A stretch of DNA of 64,000 bases from Obrimoposthia wandeli (GCA_977020255.1 CDROCS010001688.1:186001-250000), one strand, 5' to 3'; shown: positions 40,524-51,499, counted from the first letter of the stretch. Notes: generated by a model not told the origin, from the letters alone. Numbers and translations are program-made.

Positions 40524-41930
40524 ATGTTTAAAAAAACGCTTATTGCTGTATCACTGGCTGCTACAACCCTTGCTAGCACATCTGCTTTAGCTCTGGAGAA
40601 AGTAGATTTATTAATTAAAAATGCAACTGTACTAACCATGAACGAAGACAGAACTGTTTTTGACCAAGGTCTTGTTGCGGTTAAAGGTAATAAAATCGTT
40701 GCGGTAACTGATGGTAAAGACGTAAAAGATTACCAAGCAAAGACAGTAATTGATGCTGATGGCGATATCGTAATGCCAGGGCTAATTAATACCCACACCC
40801 ACGTTTCTATGACAGTATTTCGCTCGCTAGCCGATGATGTGCCAGATCGTCTACACCGTTATATTTTCCCATTAGAAAAGAAACTAGTGTCGCGTGATAT
40901 GGTACGTATTGGCGCACAATTGGGTAACGTTGAAATGGTAAAAGGTGGCGTAACAACATACGCTGACATGTACTATTTTGAAGATGAAGTAGCAAAAACA
41001 GTCGATAAAATTGGCATGCGCGCTATCTTAGGTGAATCGGTTATCAAGTTCCCTGTTGCTGATGCGGCGAATGCTGAAGAAGGCATTCAATATGCGCTCA
41101 ATTTTATTGAAGAATATAAAGACCACCCTCGAATTACACCGGCTTTTGCCCCTCACGCACCTTATACAAACACCACAGAAATACTTCAAAAAATCACAAA
41201 ACTATCATTAGAACATGATGTACCCGTAATGATTCATTTAGCTGAATCTGATCGTGAAAATGAAGTTATCGCAGAGCGCAGTGGCGGTAAATCACCTGTT
41301 GCTTACATGGCAGACATTGGTGCTTTAACGCCTAACCTTATTGGTGCGCATGTAATCAATGTCGACGATAATGACATCGCTTTACTCAAAAAGCATGATG
41401 TAGGTGTTGCACATAATATGAGTGCAAATATCAAATCAGCTAAAGGCGTTGCACCAGTAATAAAAATGCAAGAACAAGGTATTAGTGTTGGTTTAGGTAC
41501 TGATGGCCCTATGTCTGGTAACACATTAAGCACGATTGATGAGTTTAACCAAGTCGCAAAAGTGCATAAATTGGTTAATCATGATCGCGCTGCAATGCCA
41601 CCACTAAACGTTATCGAAATGGCAACAATTGGTGCAGCCCGTGCATTGCATATGGAAGACACCATTGGATCTCTTGAAAATGGTAAGCTTGCAGATATTA
41701 TCGTCATTGATACTAAAGCACCGAATATGGTCCCTGTTTACAATCCATATTCTGCTTTAGTTTACTCTGCATATGCGACTAACGTAAAACACACTATCGT
41801 TGACGGTAAAGTGTTAATGGAAGATCGTAATATGCTGACCGTTGATGAAACAGCTATCCGCAAAGAAGCATTAAAGTTTGCCGACAAGGTACGTAAAACA
41901 GTGATAGAGAGCGGTGAAGTGGTTCAGTAA
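40524..41930 (+). CDS. Amidohydrolase (MtaD/SAH-MTA deaminase-like) with Sec signal peptide
   Basis: MPGLIN.HTH, PHAPY, HLAE, GLGTDG, G.LADII motifs; N-terminus MFKKTLIAVSLAATTLASTSALA. Confidence 0.85.
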   Translation: MFKKTLIAVSLAATTLASTSALALEKVDLLIKNATVLTMNEDRTVFDQGLVAVKGNKIVAVTDGKDVKDYQAKTVIDADGDIVMPGLINTHTHVSMTVFRSLADDVPDRLHRYIFPLEKKLVSRDMVRIGAQLGNVEMVKGGVTTYADMYYFEDEVAKTVDKIGMRAILGESVIKFPVADAANAEEGIQYALNFIEEYKDHPRITPAFAPHAPYTNTTEILQKITKLSLEHDVPVMIHLAESDRENEVIAERSGGKSPVAYMADIGALTPNLIGAHVINVDDNDIALLKKHDVGVAHNMSANIKSAKGVAPVIKMQEQGISVGLGTDGPMSGNTLSTIDEFNQVAKVHKLVNHDRAAMPPLNVIEMATIGAARALHMEDTIGSLENGKLADIIVIDTKAPNMVPVYNPYSALVYSAYATNVKHTIVDGKVLMEDRNMLTVDETAIRKEALKFADKVRKTVIESGEVVQ

Positions 41931-41989
41931 CCCTCTACTCACTCTGACGACAAATGGTCATAGAGTAATGACGAATAACACTTAAAATG

Positions 41990-42020
41990 AAATAAAGAGG
42001 CGGTGCATGGCTCTTTATTT
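41990..42020. terminator. Bidirectional terminator-like hairpin
   Basis: AAATAAAGAG-N11-CTCTTTATTT. Confidence 0.55.
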
Positions 42021-42211
42021 AATTATATAACCACAAGAATAATTAGGTTACCTATGTGAACATATAAGTACCTTTATCAATTAGATCGTCAAACCTTATT
42101 TTCCGCTTCAAAATAACTGCATTAGAGCTGTCTCGCCAGCTTATCAATGAAAGAGCGAGATGATGAAACACCATCATTCATTCCAATGAGGGCGTGGAGC
42201 CAGCGTAGTAG

Positions 42212-42400
42212 AATGGTCACCCACTAACATGAACGGTTTTAAAAACCAAAGAATTAACGCGTTGGGCTACCTAAATCTCTCGTTAATAAGAACCTAGCTA
42301 ATTGCGTAGGGGGTCAACACAATGTTGTGAAAAATTCGCACAAACAAAAACATTTACCTCGGTGAAGTTCAATAGGCGCTTCAATCTTGAAAAATGCTAA
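42212..42400 (-). mobile_element. Possible IS110/IS1111-subgroup right-end remnant
   Basis: Minus strand ends ...TTCATGTTAGTGGGTGACCATT, resembling IS4321/IS5075-type subterminal IRs (ATGGTCAC..., from recall); locally GC-richer non-coding sequence; no transposase ORF. Confidence 0.35.
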
Positions 42401-42440
42401 CAGCTCATTTACAAGGATTTACATTATAACGCACAAGAAC

Positions 42441-43241
42441 TTAGATAACCCCAACTGTAACGGTCAGATTCACTTCTGGTTTAGGGTGAAGGAACAAAGG
42501 CAAAGAAATACGTGATTTGGTTTTATCTGCACCGTCAGGGTTCACTACGCGGTGTGTTGTTGATGGGAAGTAACCACCAGATGCCTCTTGCAGCATGTCA
42601 CCAATGTTAATGATCAAGTTACCAAAATCACATGGTACATCTAACCAATCTCCTTCTTTAGATTTAACTTGAAGACCAGGCTCATTTGCAGCAGGTAAGA
42701 TAGTTAATAAGTTGATATCTTCATGCGCACCAGCACGAATTGCCCCCAACTCTTCATCCCCTTTTAACGGTGGATAATGAAGTACACGCAATAACGTTTG
42801 AGAGCTATCTTCAACCATACTTGAAAGAGGCTGAGAGTATTTTTTAGCAACATCTTCTGGGGAGTGCTTTTCTACCCAAGATAATAGCTCGCCAGCAAGT
42901 TTATTGGCTTCATCGTAATAGTTTTGAAGCTCTTCTTTTAACGCTTCAGGACACTGACCCCAAGGATAATAATGGAAGTATTCCTTAATATCTTTTTGGG
43001 TATGACCTTTTGCCGTTTCAGAAATGTCGGAAGGGAAAAAACCATCTTGCGTATCTACATTGAAACGAAAATTACCTTTGTTTTCGTTCGAGAAAAAATC
43101 ATACCAATGTTCATAAATAGCACTAACAAGTTTCTGTTGAATCGGGTGATTTTTCAACACACCAAATCCAGTATTTCGTAAAGACTCAACAAAAAGTTCT
43201 TCGGCATTATCTGCCGTATAATCTACCGCTTCCAATTTCAT
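42441..43241 (-). CDS. 2OG-Fe(II) oxygenase (isopenicillin N synthase family); C-terminus apparently shortened
   Basis: GFGVL.NH, LR.LHYPP, H.DI.L.T.L, HRV, R.S.PLFLHP. Confidence 0.88.
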   Translation of the reverse strand: MKLEAVDYTADNAEELFVESLRNTGFGVLKNHPIQQKLVSAIYEHWYDFFSNENKGNFRFNVDTQDGFFPSDISETAKGHTQKDIKEYFHYYPWGQCPEALKEELQNYYDEANKLAGELLSWVEKHSPEDVAKKYSQPLSSMVEDSSQTLLRVLHYPPLKGDEELGAIRAGAHEDINLLTILPAANEPGLQVKSKEGDWLDVPCDFGNLIINIGDMLQEASGGYFPSTTHRVVNPDGADKTKSRISLPLFLHPKPEVNLTVTVGVI

Positions 43242-43620
43242 AATATGTTCTTTTTTGGCTGAATTTATAAGTATATGTACATTTTATCGACAACAAATGG
43301 TACACAATTTTTTAATTAAATGAATTATATTGGGTAACAAGCAGACTAACAAGGTTAGGTAAGTGAGATTTTAGGAAACAATCTGTTTGCACCAGGAAAC
43401 AGATGTATCTAGCAGCCAAACGTTTGCGTTATCGCTGCCTCGCTAAAGTGAATAAACATTAAATAGACCAAATCATCATGTTAGAAATGAATACCTTTTA
43501 TATCCCATTCGTGTGTCTAACAAATGAAAAAACCCTACGTATTAGGTAGGGCACAATAGCAAATAGCTATAGGATTACATCCAAATAACAATGATAAAAC
43601 CAATGGAGAATGTCTAACAC

Positions 43621-43923
43621 TTATAGGTCCCGCATTAAAATTTCAAACTCTTCTTCAGCTTGCTCGATTAACTGTGATAATTCTCGTGCATCAGCGTTTG
43701 ATAATTCTAAGTGCCAGTTAACATCATCACTACTCACACTATTTCGACAAACAAGCTCTGTTTTTTCACCCGCAGAGCTAAACAATAGTTGAGCAAATTC
43801 TGCCTGCATCTTATCATCTTCATCTTGAATACTAACTTCTAGCACACCAGTAGGAATGACACTAATATTGGCGTGACGGGCTCTGCTATCAAGTAAAATG
43901 AATTCTCGATATTCAGCCAACAT
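43621..43923 (-). CDS. Hypothetical acidic protein
   Basis: 100-aa ORF with SD (GGAGAGG), ATG and a downstream terminator hairpin (CCCTAC...GTAGGG, about 43530-43553). Confidence 0.7.
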   Translation of the reverse strand: MLAEYREFILLDSRARHANISVIPTGVLEVSIQDEDDKMQAEFAQLLFSSAGEKTELVCRNSVSSDDVNWHLELSNADARELSQLIEQAEEEFEILMRDL

Positions 43924-44143
43924 ATTCCTCTCTCCAAGTTGAATTATGCCTAACCTATCAAGGCACCTTAAGTGTAGTGAAAATCAGGCATGTTCAATAA
44001 ATATTCACAATAAATACACATATATTCCTCACAAAAATGGACTGCAATTACACTGTAAGCAAAAAAAACCAGACTTTTATGCAGTAGCGGAATTCTATGT
44101 TTGAGTGATATAGTAAAAATAATATATAAGGAAGTAAGCCATT

Positions 44144-45151
44144 ATGATTGATTTTCGCTCAGACACAGTTACACGCCCATCAGCTTCTATGCTGGAAACG
44201 ATGATGAAAGCCCCTGTAGGCGATGATGTATATGGTGATGACCCTACGGTAAATGATTTGGAACAGTGGACAGCGGAACGTCACGGCTTTGAAGCGGCAA
44301 TTTTTTGTAGTTCAGGCACGCAAGCAAATTTGTTAGGTTTAATGGCACATTGTGAGCGGGGTGATGAGTACCTTTGCGGCCAGCAAGCACACAATTATAA
44401 ATTTGAAGGCGGTGGTGCAGCGGTATTAGGTTCTATTCAACCACAACCTATCGAAAATGAAAAAGACGGTTCAATTTCTATTGATAAACTAAAAGCAGCC
44501 ATTAAACCAATCGATCCTCACTTTGCGCGTACAACCCTACTCAGCCTTGAAAATACCATTAATGGTAAAGTATTGCCGTTATCGTATTTGCAAGAAGCAC
44601 GTGAATTTGTCAATCAGCATGGCTTAAAATTGCATTTAGATGGCGCTCGCGTATATAACGCATCGGTAGCATTAGATGTAGACATCAAAGAGATCTCACA
44701 ACACTTCGATTCAATGACAATCTGTTTATCAAAAGGGTTAGGCGCACCGATTGGGTCATTGCTACTAGGCAGTCATGAGTTAATAGCCAAAGCACGTCGT
44801 TGGAGAAAAGTATTGGGTGGCGGTATGCGTCAAGCTGGTATTTTAGCGGCAGCAGGAAAAATAGCCCTTACTGAAAATGTAACTCGCCTTGCTGATGATC
44901 ATGCCAACGCCCGTTATCTTGCACAAGAATTAACAAAGATTGACGGTTTTTCAGTTAACCTTGAGCATGTTCAAACGAATATGCTTTTTGCCAAAGTGGA
45001 CTCAACAATCAATCAACAACAGTTAGTTGATGGCTTAAAAGAGCAAGGTATCTTATTTAGCGCAGGTAACCCTATGCGTTTAGTTACTCACTTAGATATA
45101 AGCCGTGCTGACATTGATACCTTTATAAAGGCGTTAAGACTCGCCTTATAA
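44144..45151 (+). CDS. ltaE: Low-specificity L-threonine aldolase
   Basis: [49 protein letters not shown]. Confidence 0.95.
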   Translation: MIDFRSDTVTRPSASMLETMMKAPVGDDVYGDDPTVNDLEQWTAERHGFEAAIFCSSGTQANLLGLMAHCERGDEYLCGQQAHNYKFEGGGAAVLGSIQPQPIENEKDGSISIDKLKAAIKPIDPHFARTTLLSLENTINGKVLPLSYLQEAREFVNQHGLKLHLDGARVYNASVALDVDIKEISQHFDSMTICLSKGLGAPIGSLLLGSHELIAKARRWRKVLGGGMRQAGILAAAGKIALTENVTRLADDHANARYLAQELTKIDGFSVNLEHVQTNMLFAKVDSTINQQQLVDGLKEQGILFSAGNPMRLVTHLDISRADIDTFIKALRLAL

Positions 45152-45208
45152 TATAGATGTACCGAAGAGATGAAGCATGGTTGTAATGATCATCTCTTCG
45201 GTATTTAA

Positions 45209-45856
45209 TTAAAATCGGTATGCAATACTCACATTTGATAAAGCGTGCCGTGCATTTACTTTATCATCAATTCGCGTTGGCACCACAAGCCTTAACCCCA
45301 GCTCCCATTGATGATAATTCACCACCGTTCCAACATGTGAATTAAACCCAAAGCCAGAACTTGAAAAATCTGTTTTATCGCCATTAATATTCTTAACATC
45401 ACCATCTAAATATAAATAGTTAACGCCTGCCCCAATCTCTACTCGCCAGCTTCGACATGAGCCACACAATTTTTTATGACCCCATTGATAAAATAATACA
45501 GGTGTTAACAATGCGGAATAACCGTCAAGCTCACCATCAATAAAATCACTACTATCATCATCATAATCTAACTTGAAATAATGAGCATTAATCTCGGTAT
45601 GGTATCCCCAACGCGTGTCATTATTAAAATAATAAGGCGATTGAATCAACGTAATTAATGGTGATATTGAAGATGAAGATTTAAATTTTACGTTATCAAA
45701 CGTATTGCCATCTGAAATCTCAACATTTCCCGCCCCACTTGCTATACCGAGCTTAAATGTTGGCATACGGAATATTGTCGCAAGATCCATTGCGGCAACT
45801 GACTGTAACGGGCTGAGTAGAATCGTACCAACACATAACAATTCCAATTTTTTCAT
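45209..45856 (-). CDS. Outer-membrane beta-barrel protein
   Basis: Signal peptide MKKLELLC..., amphipathic strands, C-terminal YRF. Confidence 0.65.
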   Translation of the reverse strand: MKKLELLCVGTILLSPLQSVAAMDLATIFRMPTFKLGIASGAGNVEISDGNTFDNVKFKSSSSISPLITLIQSPYYFNNDTRWGYHTEINAHYFKLDYDDDSSDFIDGELDGYSALLTPVLFYQWGHKKLCGSCRSWRVEIGAGVNYLYLDGDVKNINGDKTDFSSSGFGFNSHVGTVVNYHQWELGLRLVVPTRIDDKVNARHALSNVSIAYRF

Positions 45857-46087
45857 ATGCAATTCCTTCAGCATAAAAACTTGCGGTAACATTCAAATTT
45901 GATATTAACTAACAGTTACCGACCATTTAATAGAACATGACATACAAGAAAATAAAAATCCCTAATTAATTATAGCCTTAATGCGAAAAAGTGATAGCCA
46001 ACACAAATTTACCAGTGGTAACAATTTAAAAAGCGGGATCAAATGACCCCGCTTTTCAATGTTAAACACGCGAATACACACAAGGTA

Positions 46088-47530
46088 TTAAGTAAATAAC
46101 GTACCATTAATCAGTAAGTGCGCAATAATACTGAGCACATACCCTATCGCAATAACGGGCATCCATTTTAAATGCCCAAAAAAGGTATATTTACCATGAG
46201 AAGCCCCCATTAATGCAACACCAGCTGCCGAACCAATTGACAGTAAGCTCCCCCCCACTCCAGCGGTTAATGTAACAAGTAACCAATTACCTATCGACAT
46301 ATCTGGCATCATGGTTAACACCGCAAACATAACGGGAATGTTATCAACAATTGCCGACAGAACACCGACGAAAATATTCGCCCAAATTGGATTCCATTCT
46401 GAATACATAACCTCAGATACTGAACCTAAATAACCTAATAAGCTTAAACCGCCAACACACATTACTACGCCATAGAAAAACAGTAATGTATCCCACTCTG
46501 CATGCGAAACACGCTTAAATACATCAAAAGGAACCACCGAACCTAATCGTTTAAGAGCCGCTTCATCATGCATTTCTAACGCATGCGCTTTTTTCTTTGC
46601 TAGCGATCTTGATAACGTTTTACGTAGGTAAAAACCAAAGAACTGAAGATAGGCTAATCCCATCATCATGCCGATAACGGGTGGGAAATGTAGTACGCCG
46701 TGGAAGGCTACAGCCGTAGCAATGGTTAATAAGAATAAAAAGACAATACGACGCGCACCACGTTTCAATTCGACATGTTCACTTAATGCTTCAGGTTGAA
46801 TTTTAGGCACGAAGAAAGACATGATAAATGCAGGAACAACATAGTTCACAACAGAAGGAATAAACAACGCTAAGAAATCATAAAAAGGCACCAACCCAGC
46901 CTGCCAAACCATTAAGGTGGTAATATCACCAAATGGGCTAAACGCACCACCAGCATTAGCAGCTACAACAATATTAATACACGCGAGGTTAATAAACTTA
47001 GTATTGGTTCCACCGACTTTCATCACTACGGCGCACATTAACAGCGCGGTCGTTAAGTTATCTGCTATTGGTGAAATAAAGAAAGAGAGAATACCAGTAA
47101 GCCAAAATAAAGTGCGAAGATTAAATCCTTTACTCACCATCCAAGCCTGTAAAGCATCGAATAAACGCCGTTCCTCCATTGCGCTGATATACGTCATTGC
47201 CACTAAAAGGAACAACAGTAATTCTGAGTATTCAAGTAAGTTATGCTCTAGCGCTGCTTTTGCGACATCAATTTGCCCTTGTTGCTGAAATACATAACCA
47301 ATCAACATCCAAATTAAGCCAGCGGCAAGTAAAACAGGCTTTGATTTACGTAATTGTAAATACTCTTCCCCCATAACCAAACAATAAGCCAAACCAAAAA
47401 TAATCAGTGAAGCGTAGCCAATTGTTGATTGTGTTAAATCGATAGAAGAGTCAACCGCAAATGCCGGAGATGCAAAAGCTATCCCTAAAATGATAAATAT
47501 AAAAGCTCGGATTTTCATATCTGCTCTCAA
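46088..47530 (-). CDS. nhaD: Na+/H+ antiporter NhaD family
   Basis: KSKP..LAAG..W, S...DNLTTA, ANAGGAFSP.GD.TT.M.W, SAIVDNIP, GGS.LSIGSAAGVA.MG. Confidence 0.9.
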   Translation of the reverse strand: MRADMKIRAFIFIILGIAFASPAFAVDSSIDLTQSTIGYASLIIFGLAYCLVMGEEYLQLRKSKPVLLAAGLIWMLIGYVFQQQGQIDVAKAALEHNLLEYSELLLFLLVAMTYISAMEERRLFDALQAWMVSKGFNLRTLFWLTGILSFFISPIADNLTTALLMCAVVMKVGGTNTKFINLACINIVVAANAGGAFSPFGDITTLMVWQAGLVPFYDFLALFIPSVVNYVVPAFIMSFFVPKIQPEALSEHVELKRGARRIVFLFLLTIATAVAFHGVLHFPPVIGMMMGLAYLQFFGFYLRKTLSRSLAKKKAHALEMHDEAALKRLGSVVPFDVFKRVSHAEWDTLLFFYGVVMCVGGLSLLGYLGSVSEVMYSEWNPIWANIFVGVLSAIVDNIPVMFAVLTMMPDMSIGNWLLVTLTAGVGGSLLSIGSAAGVALMGASHGKYTFFGHLKWMPVIAIGYVLSIIAHLLINGTLFT

Positions 47531-47897
47531 CTCCCTGAGAAATAGTAACCAGTTAATTCTACATAAATATATATTTTATTAACGTGAGATGCACCTACAA
47601 GCTACAAAACACTTACATGCTCAATTTCATCAAATACGATGATTCTGTATGGTTGTTGCACACCTGCATGATAAATCTACCTTTAAGGCTTAACTATTTA
47701 CCAAAATTTGAGCCAAACTATTTATCAGAAGGAATAATTAAATGACGTAGAAAAAGGACAGGTTTATGACAAAAATAAGCTGTTGGTTAGATGGGATTAA
47801 AATTTGGTTTCAACCCAATCAAAGTCAAAATATTAGAATTCTTATCGTTCATGTAAACCTAGTACCGAGCACTATCTTTGAAAATATTGATTCAGAT

Positions 47898-48242
47898 ATG
47901 AATAATGAGGCTCTTGCTTACTGGTTCGATGCTTGCCAACGTTTAAGCCTCTATTACCAAGATCAAGGCGAGCCAGAGAAAGCCTTTTCCTATCTACAAT
48001 TTGCGTATGCCAAGTTACAAGGAATGATATGCCACCCTTCACACAGTGAGGATATCAAGCGTTGGAGCCTTAAAAAAATAGACCGTATGATCGTAGTAAT
48101 GATGGAGTTTTGCCAAATACAGCAACAAAGTAAATGGCAGCAAGAAAATAAATGGCAGCAAGAAAGTATTCAGCTCATCAATCTACACGTTACTTTTATG
48201 GAGGGTCAAAACAATTTAAATCTTGTCTATCGTAATGATTAA
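47898..48242 (+). CDS. Hypothetical helical protein (start 47898 or upstream 47766)
   Basis: Open frame with Vibrionaceae-like composition; 18-nt internal tandem duplication at 48131-48166. Confidence 0.6.
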   Translation: MNNEALAYWFDACQRLSLYYQDQGEPEKAFSYLQFAYAKLQGMICHPSHSEDIKRWSLKKIDRMIVVMMEFCQIQQQSKWQQENKWQQESIQLINLHVTFMEGQNNLNLVYRND

Positions 48243-48331
48243 ACCAATTTCGTAAATTTATCTTATAGTTCGCAAGATTTTACTAAGCTAGAAGTAGCAC
48301 TAATGAATTGCTACTTAAGGAAAATAGAGCA

Positions 48332-49531
48332 ATGATAAAAACGACTCTTTTAAAACATCTCTCTCTATTTACTCTTTTCACTATGGCCAGCCTACCGTTC
48401 TCGGCAAGCGCTGATGTTTTACCTTCACCTCCCGTTATTGATGCAAAAGCTTGGCTATTAATGAGCTACGAATCTGGCCAAGTCATCGCAAGTTTTAATG
48501 AAAACGAACCATTGGCCCCTGCCAGCTTAACCAAAATAATGACGTCGTACGTAGTGGGTAAAGAAATAGACGCTGGGCATATCAGTAATGATGATCTTGT
48601 GATCATCAGTGAGAATGCATGGGGTAAAAAGTTCCCTGGTTCATCTAAGATGTTTTTAAACATTGGCGATAACGTGACTGTCGACCAACTCAATAAAGGC
48701 GTGATTATTTCATCGGGTAATGATGCAACCGTCGCATTAGCCGAACATGTGGCGGGTCACCAAGCGGCTTTTATTGAAATGATGAATCGTCAGGCAGAAG
48801 TCATTGGTATGCAAAACACCTATTTCACTAACCCACATGGTTTAGATGCTGACGAACAATTCACAACCGCCTACGACATGGCGATTTTAACCAGAGCACT
48901 AATCAAAGATTTACCAGAGATGTACGGACTGTTTAAGGAAAAGTCATTCACCTTTCAGGATATAAAACAAGGTAATAGAAACGGACTATTATGGGATACC
49001 ACCTTAAATGTAGACGGTGTAAAAACAGGGCATACATCGAAAGCAGGTTATAGCTTAGTGTCTTCAGCAGAGCAAAGCGGCCAACGATTAATTGCCGTTG
49101 TTATGGGGACTAAAAGTACAGGAACAAGACGTTCAGAAAGTAAAAAGTTACTCACTTGGGGGTTTCGCTTCTATCAAGACCTTACTCCTACATTTGATGG
49201 TAAAGAGCTAGAGCCAATAAAAGTATGGTACGGATCGCCGTCAAAAGTATCGGTTGAGTTAGGTGATGGTGGCGTAATCACCGTTCCTCGCCGACAACGT
49301 AAAAACCTTGAACATAAAGTATTTTATAATAACAACCTTGAAGCCCCTATTTCTAAAGGCGCGCAAGTCGGTAAAATTGAATGGTACTTAGATGATGAAA
49401 TACTCATCGTTCAACCGATTCTCGCGGTAGACGATATTATAGAAGCCCCTTGGTATAGCGCCGCTATCGACACAATCTGGCGACCAATTAGCCAATGGTT
49501 TTCAACTCAAGATTGGGAACCAGAAAAATAG
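48332..49531 (+). CDS. D-alanyl-D-alanine carboxypeptidase (PBP5/6 family, S11)
   Basis: SLTK, SGN and KTG motifs; signal peptide; C-terminal amphipathic helix. Confidence 0.92.
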   Translation: MIKTTLLKHLSLFTLFTMASLPFSASADVLPSPPVIDAKAWLLMSYESGQVIASFNENEPLAPASLTKIMTSYVVGKEIDAGHISNDDLVIISENAWGKKFPGSSKMFLNIGDNVTVDQLNKGVIISSGNDATVALAEHVAGHQAAFIEMMNRQAEVIGMQNTYFTNPHGLDADEQFTTAYDMAILTRALIKDLPEMYGLFKEKSFTFQDIKQGNRNGLLWDTTLNVDGVKTGHTSKAGYSLVSSAEQSGQRLIAVVMGTKSTGTRRSESKKLLTWGFRFYQDLTPTFDGKELEPIKVWYGSPSKVSVELGDGGVITVPRRQRKNLEHKVFYNNNLEAPISKGAQVGKIEWYLDDEILIVQPILAVDDIIEAPWYSAAIDTIWRPISQWFSTQDWEPEK

Positions 49532-49549
49532 TCAAACGCGAACCACATC

Positions 49550-49589
49550 TATACCCAAGCTACCCAGCTTGATTAATCAACTGGGTGGC
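49550..49589 (+). repeat. Truncated MITE end fused to a hairpin
   Basis: TATACCCAAGCTACC followed by CCAG-CTTGATTAATCAA-CTGG. Confidence 0.55.
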
Positions 49590-49726
49590 ATGGAAAGATC
49601 ATGTCGCTAGCAAAAAAAGCGGGTATGATTTGGTTTCATTTAGCTTTACCGATAACAAATCGGTAATTATTCATTGCCAATGCAGCTCCTCTTGAACCAC
49701 AAGCACACGTAGCATATATCAATTAT

Positions 49727-51427
49727 TTATTCATCAAGTTCTGGTCGCATCCATACTGATTTAAAATCAAACCACCCCATCGAATTAGATGTCATTCCTT
49801 GAATGAGTCCTGAAGTATCTACACCAAGCCAATTATGGAATAAAGGGAGTATTTGCCCACTGTGGACGAGCTTAGATCCTATTTGCTGGGCAGGAAATTC
49901 ACCTTCTTTATCTGCTCGCCATGCCATTACATCCCGCTCAATCGTATCAAACTCTTCTTTAGGCATAACACGCGATATATGGTCGAAACTATAAACCCAA
50001 GGCAGTATTGCATCATTACGGTAATTGCTCAGGCTCATACCACCCAGCCACATATCAATCTTATCGGTATGCTTACCCAATAAAATATCTGTTGATGTTT
50101 GTTCGATAATTTTCAGTTTTACCCCGTCTTCAGCTAATAACGCTCTGATTGTTTCTGCTACATGAGGATAAACCGGATGCTCTTGAGGATAAGCCAGCGT
50201 GACGGTACGTTTCATTGGCGCCGATTCAACAGCAGGTACCGATAATACGTGCATCCACCCAGGCAGTAAGCCATAAGCGTTGTTTAATCGAAAATCACCA
50301 ATTTTTTCCTGTTCAAGTAACCGTAAAATATTAATGGGCGCCAAGCGTGATTGAAAATACTCTGCCCATTCACGGTTATTCGCCAATCCGCAATTACGGT
50401 TAAACAGTAAATAGTTACACCCTTCATCTAGCTTCAGGCGTGAAGATACATTGGTAAACTCGAAGGTCTTCACGTCCGTTGTCGGTTTTAAGTAGCAAGC
50501 GGTAAAACTAGATAAGATCCAAATATCAACCATGTCTATTAACGCACGCAGTCCAAAATACTGATCAAATGCTTCTAACTTAAGGCGTTGTTTATCATTC
50601 ATCGCCACTTTATAAGGGCCTGTACCCACAGGGTAAAGTTTATAGTCTGGACGTTGTAACGCATCAGTAGGCTGAATCATTGCAAGTATATTCGAGAGTA
50701 AATCGGCTAAACGAAAGTCATCTTTACTAAGGTGGATATCAATCACATGCGGGAACGGTGAATCTATCCCTTTTATATGCTTGAAAAGCCGGTGTGTCTT
50801 CACTTGTTCAAGCGTTGAGATAATATCTTTACTTTCAAGAAGCTTGCCATCATGAAATCGTACCGCTGGGCGAATATAAAAACGCCAATGTCTTGGTGTT
50901 AACGCTTCCCAATGATGAGCTAAATCCCCTTCGACTTCCTCTTTTTCCTCATTTATGCGCGTCAGCCCATTAAAAATCTGCCGAACAAGGTGCTGCTCAG
51001 ACCGCCGTAATGGGAAAATCGGGTTAATATTATTGAATGGGCGATAGTAAGGAAGACGGACAATCTGCTTGCCTTTTTGAGTTGTCACACCTAGCTGCTC
51101 TTGGATCAATAATACGAGTTTTTCTGCATTATTATCTAATGCAGCCAAAGCTGGCTCTAACTTCCCTTCTGCAACAAGTTTTCTTGCATGTAGAACCTGT
51201 AACTCATTGTCACTGCTATGAAATGATAATTTCGACTTATTCCCTCGCCCTACTGCTGGCTCCCAATCAATCCAGCCTTTTTCGACCATTTTGTTCATGA
51301 CTATACGCACATTACGTCGGGTACAAAATAGAACTTCAGAGATCACCTGTAAGTTCGTTTCACTATTTTCACCAGAGAAGTGATTGTACAAACGTTGAAA
51401 CTGTAACTTGAGGCGTTGACCTGTCAT
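49727..51427 (-). CDS. sgrR: SgrR-family transcriptional regulator
   Basis: N-terminal HTH (L.CTRRN.R.....M...GW..W.PA.GRG..S.L) plus SBP_bac_5-like domain (P.RRSE.HL..QIF.GL, P.GTGPY). Confidence 0.9.
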   Translation of the reverse strand: MTGQRLKLQFQRLYNHFSGENSETNLQVISEVLFCTRRNVRIVMNKMVEKGWIDWEPAVGRGNKSKLSFHSSDNELQVLHARKLVAEGKLEPALAALDNNAEKLVLLIQEQLGVTTQKGKQIVRLPYYRPFNNINPIFPLRRSEQHLVRQIFNGLTRINEEKEEVEGDLAHHWEALTPRHWRFYIRPAVRFHDGKLLESKDIISTLEQVKTHRLFKHIKGIDSPFPHVIDIHLSKDDFRLADLLSNILAMIQPTDALQRPDYKLYPVGTGPYKVAMNDKQRLKLEAFDQYFGLRALIDMVDIWILSSFTACYLKPTTDVKTFEFTNVSSRLKLDEGCNYLLFNRNCGLANNREWAEYFQSRLAPINILRLLEQEKIGDFRLNNAYGLLPGWMHVLSVPAVESAPMKRTVTLAYPQEHPVYPHVAETIRALLAEDGVKLKIIEQTSTDILLGKHTDKIDMWLGGMSLSNYRNDAILPWVYSFDHISRVMPKEEFDTIERDVMAWRADKEGEFPAQQIGSKLVHSGQILPLFHNWLGVDTSGLIQGMTSNSMGWFDFKSVWMRPELDE

Positions 51428-51499
51428 AAAAGGGGAACCTTTTTTATTGTTTTCTTCTGTTTTAACCTTCCTATTTTAACGTAAAAATAGACTCAAATA

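Noticed and set aside
43330-43460. GGA-containing hairpins suggestive of a CsrB-like sRNA
   Set aside because: Only 2-3 GGA motifs and no plus-strand terminator.
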